From sequence record LR756504.1: a stretch of 64,000 bases of DNA; one strand, given 5' to 3'. Within the stretch, counting starts at the first letter, position 1, and each line of letters begins with the position of its first letter. This document shows, one piece after another, positions 57,897 to 64,000 of the stretch. A program made the translations under genes and the position numbers. Below the pieces are notes generated by a model, which was not told the origin of the DNA, made no database searches, and saw nothing but the letters and a program-made list of their open reading frames with translations.

Positions 57897-57912
57897 ATCC
57901 TATTTATATATT

Positions 57913-60900
57913 TTATGGTCGGTAAATTGTTAATTCCAATGATGTAAAATCCGAATAATTTGGTTCACCAACATTGGTTTGAGTAGGATTCCATTTATAT
58001 CCAACTCCTTGTAATATAGATGGAATAGTTCCACCATCACCTATTATAGAGTGGTTATGTCTCCATATACTCTTAACCCAGTCAACCGAAGATACTGCAT
58101 AATGACCATTATAGAAACTATTTAAATATGTTAAAACTGATGCGTTGGTACTTGTAATATTTTTCCAAACTCCACCATCATTATAAATAGGATATGATAA
58201 ATCATATGGTATAAACAACGACATCAATTTATCTGTTTTAGTTACCTTAATTTCATTAACAAATTTATCACTAACACCATCGATTGAAATCTCACCAGTT
58301 GTATTATTTTTATAAAAGTATTTACCAATTGATGCAAATATTGATAATACTGGTCTATTAGAATCATTAACATTGGTATTATCATCAAACAATGCACCAT
58401 TAACGAATGTACCATTGAAAATAGAGAAATATCTAGTAGAACCACTTTTTATCATTGCTTTACCAAATAATGACGCTATATTATTTATTGCCAAATTTAC
58501 ACTACTTAATTCAAAATCCAATTTAGCTTTAGATATACCAAACATATTATCTAAATCCCAATCACCTTCGCTAGTATAAGCATTTGCTTTAATACCCATA
58601 AATAAACATCTATGACCATTCGTTTCATTTAAATATTCGTATGTTGTCCCATATGATGGTGATTGTCCAATAACATTCTTATCATTATAGTATGAGAAAT
58701 ATCCAGATAGCCACAATCCTCTAACCCACACACCAAGTGAAATTTTATTATTTTCACCATCATCAAAGAAATCAAATGAATCTATGCTTGTTATTTCTTT
58801 ATGTGAAAACATACCTCTTTGCCATACACCACCATGCCACACAGAGCCACGCATCCAACCATTAACCCAAACAGATGCAAGATTGTCTACACCACCCAAA
58901 TATCTCAAACTCTTAGTACTTATTATATTATCAATATTTGTAATAAATGTACTATCATTATTATATGTTAATGTTGTTGGATCACCTATCATAGTTGTAG
59001 GAATATTAGCATGATTTACAGCAAATGTATAATTTTTACCAGTTATTGTTGTAGTAAGAGCTAAAGTTGTTCCTTTGTATGTTAAATTTGTATTTGATGA
59101 TACACCACTTCTCCAAACAGACAAGTCAAATAATCCACCTTCCCACACACCAGCATTCCAAACAGAACGTGAAAATATACCGTCAGTAATTTCGATGTTA
59201 TCTGTAGTACCTGTTAAACCATCAGCCTTCCAATAACCTTTTTCCCACTGTGAACGATAGAATAAACTATTAGGAATTATCGTAGATGAATTTGTGGTAT
59301 TATTTGATGATCTATTGTTCCATAATCCCCCTTTCCAATAAGATGAATAGAAACAACCGTTATCAAACATAGATTCATTTCCTGATTCAGAAATAATTCC
59401 CAAATCTACATTATTAATACTTTTATTATCCCAATATGAGAATTGGAATATACCATTACTCCATTCACCTCTTTTCCAATAAACAGACAATATACCGTCA
59501 TTATTAAATTGACTCAACACTCTATTTTTAGAATTGGATACTGTTAGTGTATCTTTATTAAAATCAAATACTTTTTTACCTAAAATCGTTGTTGAATTAT
59601 TAGATAATTTAAATTTAAATTTAGTTGAATCCCAAACGAAATCACTACCTGGTGTGATAATATCAAAATTTGTAATATCACCAAATACAGTTTCCAAATT
59701 AGAAGTATTTGAATTTACTACACCACCCTCCCATATAGAATTTATCATCATACCACTATTCCATAAAGAAAATGATTTATGATATTTATATCCAAGATCT
59801 ATTTCATATCCAATTAAACCAGATGTGGCAGCAGATGCAGAGTGCCAAGTACCATTAGCAAATATACCACCATTCCATACACCTCTTAACCATTCACCAC
59901 CTAACCAAATTGAATTTACAACAGGTAATTCTATTTGTTTACCATCATTCAAATTATAAAATTTATATTCATTACTTTGATAAGTAAATTCTTTATCACC
60001 AATTAAATCAGAATTCCAAGTACCCCCATGCCATATAGAAGGATTATAGTGTGTAGTATATAATGTTGTTATTGTAGGTTTTGTGAAAATATAAGTATTA
60101 CTTTTTTCAATAATTCCTTCAGATACAAACACCACAGTATTTGTGTAATCAGTTATAGATGCGTCTTTAATCCATTTAATAGCACTTGCTGTATACATAC
60201 CATTATTTTTAATTAATACTTTATCACCTTCTTTAACAAGAACACCATCAATTATAGGCAATCCTGTTGCAAATGCTATAGTTGTAGCAACTCTAACTAC
60301 TCTAAAATTAAATTTAGAATACCACTCACCTTTATTCCACACCGACCAATCATCAGAAGTATATTGATTATTAAGACTCAATGATAACCAGTTTCCACCA
60401 TTCCATACACCACCTCTCCAGTATCCACGATACCAAATAATATTTTTAACAATACTTGTAGGATTACCAATATGGAATCCACCTAACCAATGTAAATGTG
60501 TATAAACTGGTAATAATTTATCAGAAGATATAGAACCATTATGTTTAATACCATATTTCCATATAGAACTTGTTATACCATCAAGATTTATATTTCCACT
60601 CACTAAAATTCCATTATACCATACTTTTGAATTAAATTTACCACCGTAGAAAAATGAATTTCTTGAAACATTAATATCAGATTGATTTAAATTAAATTGT
60701 TCTGAGAAAGTATAAGACAATGGTATAAAGCTTGTACTACCATATTGAATAAAATCTGTACCTTCATTACCTTCAACTGTATTAATTATATAATAATCAT
60801 TTATTATTCTTGCTGAATCATATACATAATCATACATCACACTTCCAACTTTACTGTTATTATATGATGTAATTAATTTTATATTTAAATTAGAAGTCAA

Positions 60901-63900
60901 ATAATCATAGTCTTTAGTTATTATTTTACCAATAAAATTATTATCATCATGTGTTACAATACGTGGCACGTAGAGAATATACTCAGTATTCTTACTTTCA
61001 TATACAATTTTACTATTTGTATTAGTTGAAGGATGATTAACATTTAAAATACTATCATCATATCCTACTATGTAATCATTATCTGTATTTTTATATTTAT
61101 AATATCTAAATCTATTTAAATCATTTACATAATTCCATGTAGCATCACTTCTTCTAATACCTTGAATTTTTTGATGTGAAGGATCATTTTTAATTCTTCT
61201 ATTATAAAATAAAATATTTGAATTTATTTTATCAAGTCTTATTGCAAAATAATTAAAGTTTGATTGTATAGTAGGATATGGTGGTGTCGAACCACTGTTT
61301 CTCACAACACCATTAACCACAGTTGAATTATAACTATCATTATATAAAGTAACATAATATCTAAGTATAACTTCATCTTCTCTATCTGCTATTTCCCATT
61401 TAGAACCAGTAGCAGGTGGATATAAATCAGTAAACAACATGTATATAATATCAATAGAGCTTATATATTTATATCTATAATCAACGAATGGTACGTCATT
61501 CATACTATAAGCATTGAAGTAGTTTTGAGTAGCAATCAATGGATCATCAACGAGTGTCATAATACCATTTGTTGATATTCTCATTTTAGCATTACCCGAA
61601 GTATCAGCAAATTTCTTACCAAATAATTCAAAATTTGACATATTAGATATTGTTAAAACAGTTGAGAAATCGTCTAACATATTTCCAACTGTTATAAAGT
61701 CAGTTCCTTCTAGCCAAGTAGAACTTGGTAAAGCTGTTGAAATTTTATCCGTATCAATAAATCTTAAACTATCATCAAAGTCAGATGAAATAATAGATCC
61801 ACTATCTCTAATATCTTTGTTATAAATTATTTCATCTCCTGATACCGAACTTTTATAATAATTTTCAGTTGTATAAATATAATGTTCCCAACTCATAGAA
61901 CCATCATTATTAAAATAAGGTATTTCAATTAATGATGAAGTAGATGCTGATATATTATTAGATATAATTCTATTACCAGAAGTTCCAAACGACTCCGAAA
62001 CAGAGAAATTTGTTATATCCTCTGGTGATATAATTCTATAGATGATATAATCTTCTTTAGTATTATTGTTTTCAAATATATTTACATTCTTTATGAAACC
62101 TCTTAAATATGTTGGTTGAACGCCATTTACATAAAGCGCTGCAACTGTATCATATTTAGAAGTGGGTGAGTAAGAACTATCACCTAAAGATACTCTAACT
62201 TTAACTGTTTGTTTAAATATATCTCTATTTCTAAATGAAATTTTCGATTCTGGTATAACAATACCATTAATATAAATACCATTTTCGGTTATTATTACAT
62301 TATGCCATTTCCAATATTCTATTTCACAAGGAATTGAATAGTAATTTTCTCTGCCCGCAACTACATTGTTTCCAGAAACTATGGTTTCTTTATATTTAAA
62401 ACTAAATGTTCCTTTTCTACCAGAAGATGACGCATCATTATCAATACCAAATAATTCAACAATATATTTAAATCCTGATACTCCCGATTCAACAAACCTC
62501 TCTTCTTCTATAGCTATAATTTTAAATGCACCATTTCTACTTTGTGTTAACATATCAAATTCATAGATAGCATTATTAACTTTAGTAAATGACAAAGTAT
62601 CAACTTTTTTAAATTCATTATCAAAAGCAAAATAATTTTCTTCTTTAGGATAATATTTAGCATTATCAATATCATAGTTTTCACCACTAAAGTATGCTAC
62701 AATTTGAGGTATATAACCATTTATAAATCTTTTATTTTGAAATAAATGTGGAGATAAGAAATAATCATACATATCTTTATTCCAAATTCTAATTTCATCC
62801 AATTGACCAATTAAGAAATTACTTACTATATTATTAGATAATCCAAATACGCATTGACCAATTAAATTTAAATCATAATTAACATTATCTACAAAAGAAT
62901 CCCATGTTGAAATATCTTTGGTATTATAATATGAATTAACAATATATTTAAGTGATGATGATGCAGTGCTATTATTTACGAATAATGAGATATTATTCCA
63001 TGTTCCGCTAGTTAAACCACCGTGTTCTAACTCTATAGTTACAGCCCCTTTATCTTTTTGATATTCTAAATATATTTTATCTATACCACCATCTTTTTTA
63101 ATGTATAATTTAAATCCTGTTCTTTGTACAGTTTCAGTATTATGAAAACCAAATATAGAACTCCTATCACCTTCCAACAAAGTATTATATTTAAATGCTA
63201 AATCAACAGTCATTTCACCTACACTACCAGTATTTAATGCCAAATCAACTAAATCACCTGTTGCAATACTATTATCACCATTAAAATTAATTACTAAACC
63301 ACCTGATGTTGCTCCGATATTTTTATCCATTAACGTATGCATATTTACATCATTAGTTGATGCTAAATTGACATTATAATCAACAATTAATGTATTATCT
63401 TCTAATGTATAAACATCAGAATTTTTATAATCCACTCTATATCTTGTAATATTTACTGGATAGTTACCTTCTTCTAAATAAATATTAGTTGTATACTCAG
63501 CTATTAAATTACCACTAGTACCATCATATTGAACATCACTATAAAAACCTTCTAAAACATCAACTAATTCAATGTTATTAAAAATTGAATTAAATTTAAT
63601 GTATATCAAATCCTTCTCTCTAACAATTCCGTTCAACCCTCTTATTGTAAGTAAGAATTTATTACCCAAATCATCTCTATTTAATTGTATCTCACCTTGC
63701 CAGTTAGAAGATTCTGGACTACCAAACCATTTACCATTAAAATTACCATCTCTGAAATTACCAGCATTCCAAATAGAATTAAAATCACCATAGAAGTCGC
63801 CACCATTCCATGATGAAACTGATGCCCAACCGTATTCAAATATGAAATTTGTTCCACCCGTATCAATTTTAGCATCAATAGAAGAAGTAGTAAGTGCTTT

Positions 63901-64000
63901 TAAAGACATTGTTTGTTTTTGAATTTGTAATTCATCAACATTAAAATCTTTCAAATATGGTGATGAATTTGTAGAATTTAAACCATAATAATATTTAAAT
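57913..64000 (-). CDS. Giant tail/baseplate-type protein, 5'-truncated by window; LamG domains plus WxxGxW repeats
   Basis: Frame stays open to base 63999 (track start is an internal TTG); W.NIS...LDEIRIWN and WHNVII...IKNVNIF LamG-like; many WxGGxW clusters. Confidence 0.75.
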   Translation of the reverse strand, partial: FKYYYGLNSTNSSPYLKDFNVDELQIQKQTMSLKALTTSSIDAKIDTGGTNFIFEYGWASVSSWNGGDFYGDFNSIWNAGNFRDGNFNGKWFGSPESSNWQGEIQLNRDDLGNKFLLTIRGLNGIVREKDLIYIKFNSIFNNIELVDVLEGFYSDVQYDGTSGNLIAEYTTNIYLEEGNYPVNITRYRVDYKNSDVYTLEDNTLIVDYNVNLASTNDVNMHTLMDKNIGATSGGLVINFNGDNSIATGDLVDLALNTGSVGEMTVDLAFKYNTLLEGDRSSIFGFHNTETVQRTGFKLYIKKDGGIDKIYLEYQKDKGAVTIELEHGGLTSGTWNNISLFVNNSTASSSLKYIVNSYYNTKDISTWDSFVDNVNYDLNLIGQCVFGLSNNIVSNFLIGQLDEIRIWNKDMYDYFLSPHLFQNKRFINGYIPQIVAYFSGENYDIDNAKYYPKEENYFAFDNEFKKVDTLSFTKVNNAIYEFDMLTQSRNGAFKIIAIEEERFVESGVSGFKYIVELFGIDNDASSSGRKGTFSFKYKETIVSGNNVVAGRENYYSIPCEIEYWKWHNVIITENGIYINGIVIPESKISFRNRDIFKQTVKVRVSLGDSSYSPTSKYDTVAALYVNGVQPTYLRGFIKNVNIFENNNTKEDYIIYRIISPEDITNFSVSESFGTSGNRIISNNISASTSSLIEIPYFNNDGSMSWEHYIYTTENYYKSSVSGDEIIYNKDIRDSGSIISSDFDDSLRFIDTDKISTALPSSTWLEGTDFITVGNMLDDFSTVLTISNMSNFELFGKKFADTSGNAKMRISTNGIMTLVDDPLIATQNYFNAYSMNDVPFVDYRYKYISSIDIIYMLFTDLYPPATGSKWEIADREDEVILRYYVTLYNDSYNSTVVNGVVRNSGSTPPYPTIQSNFNYFAIRLDKINSNILFYNRRIKNDPSHQKIQGIRRSDATWNYVNDLNRFRYYKYKNTDNDYIVGYDDSILNVNHPSTNTNSKIVYESKNTEYILYVPRIVTHDDNNFIGKIITKDYDYLTSNLNIKLITSYNNSKVGSVMYDYVYDSARIINDYYIINTVEGNEGTDFIQYGSTSFIPLSYTFSEQFNLNQSDINVSRNSFFYGGKFNSKVWYNGILVSGNINLDGITSSIWKYGIKHNGSISSDKLLPVYTHLHWLGGFHIGNPTSIVKNIIWYRGYWRGGVWNGGNWLSLSLNNQYTSDDWSVWNKGEWYSKFNFRVVRVATTIAFATGLPIIDGVLVKEGDKVLIKNNGMYTASAIKWIKDASITDYTNTVVFVSEGIIEKSNTYIFTKPTITTLYTTHYNPSIWHGGTWNSDLIGDKEFTYQSNEYKFYNLNDGKQIELPVVNSIWLGGEWLRGVWNGGIFANGTWHSASAATSGLIGYEIDLGYKYHKSFSLWNSGMMINSIWEGGVVNSNTSNLETVFGDITNFDIITPGSDFVWDSTKFKFKLSNNSTTILGKKVFDFNKDTLTVSNSKNRVLSQFNNDGILSVYWKRGEWSNGIFQFSYWDNKSINNVDLGIISESGNESMFDNGCFYSSYWKGGLWNNRSSNNTTNSSTIIPNSLFYRSQWEKGYWKADGLTGTTDNIEITDGIFSRSVWNAGVWEGGLFDLSVWRSGVSSNTNLTYKGTTLALTTTITGKNYTFAVNHANIPTTMIGDPTTLTYNNDSTFITNIDNIISTKSLRYLGGVDNLASVWVNGWMRGSVWHGGVWQRGMFSHKEITSIDSFDFFDDGENNKISLGVWVRGLWLSGYFSYYNDKNVIGQSPSYGTTYEYLNETNGHRCLFMGIKANAYTSEGDWDLDNMFGISKAKLDFELSSVNLAINNIASLFGKAMIKSGSTRYFSIFNGTFVNGALFDDNTNVNDSNRPVLSIFASIGKYFYKNNTTGEISIDGVSDKFVNEIKVTKTDKLMSLFIPYDLSYPIYNDGGVWKNITSTNASVLTYLNSFYNGHYAVSSVDWVKSIWRHNHSIIGDGGTIPSILQGVGYKWNPTQTNVGEPNYSDFTSLELTIYRP

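Noticed and set aside
2530-63878. Other short track ORFs nested in or opposite long genes (e.g. 2530, 3836, 4297, 7741, 12223, 16834, 17602, 19198, 20057, 22019, 24923, 30916, 32316, 34048, 37926, 39190, 40577, 41046, 42261, 42289, 43043, 45547, 48157, 50806, 58242-63878 set)
   Set aside because: Shadow or alternative-frame ORFs fully overlapping well-supported genes, with no recognisable motifs
1-64000. Genome-wide stop-codon reassignment (TAG to Gln as in some Bacteroidota phages)
   Set aside because: Long late genes (over 2,000 aa) are open in the standard code and nusA ends properly at TAG; only two isolated internal stops, one TAA and one TAG

Overview
Very AT-rich, gene-dense 64-kb segment of a large T4-like (myovirus-type) jumbo phage. 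It encodes a gp13-like neck protein, gp25-like baseplate protein, gp61-like primase, gp30-like DNA ligase, RuvC, homing endonucleases and a giant tail-type protein. The host is almost certainly Bacteroidota: there are at least eight TAnnTTTG (-7) / TTG (-33) promoters (20-nt spacing in the seven where the -33 box was located at that distance), Bacteroidota-type NusA and ClpP, and two T9SS-cargo proteins. Accessory genes include NAD salvage (NAMPT, NadM-NUDIX, NrtR), DHFR, dCMP deaminase, RNA ligase, HDAC, an ECF sigma factor, an amidoligase, an orphan type II-like restriction nuclease and five deviant tRNA or tRNA-like genes. Best novel candidates: (1) a classical ribosome-stalling attenuator whose leader codons F-W-H-F-H-F match the Trp/His/Phe tRNA cluster it controls; (2) about 19 proteins with a T4 capsid-targeting-like N-terminal propeptide, mostly behind a WATATATA late-promoter motif, including a paralog trio where the copy without the propeptide has switched to a host promoter; (3) nine small proteins sharing a C-terminal R-x-x-K-I-x-x-L-L tag, several resembling truncated tail-tube or prohead-protease proteins. 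All family calls are from motif recognition by eye; no searches were run. Several start codons were moved downstream of the ORF-track starts.
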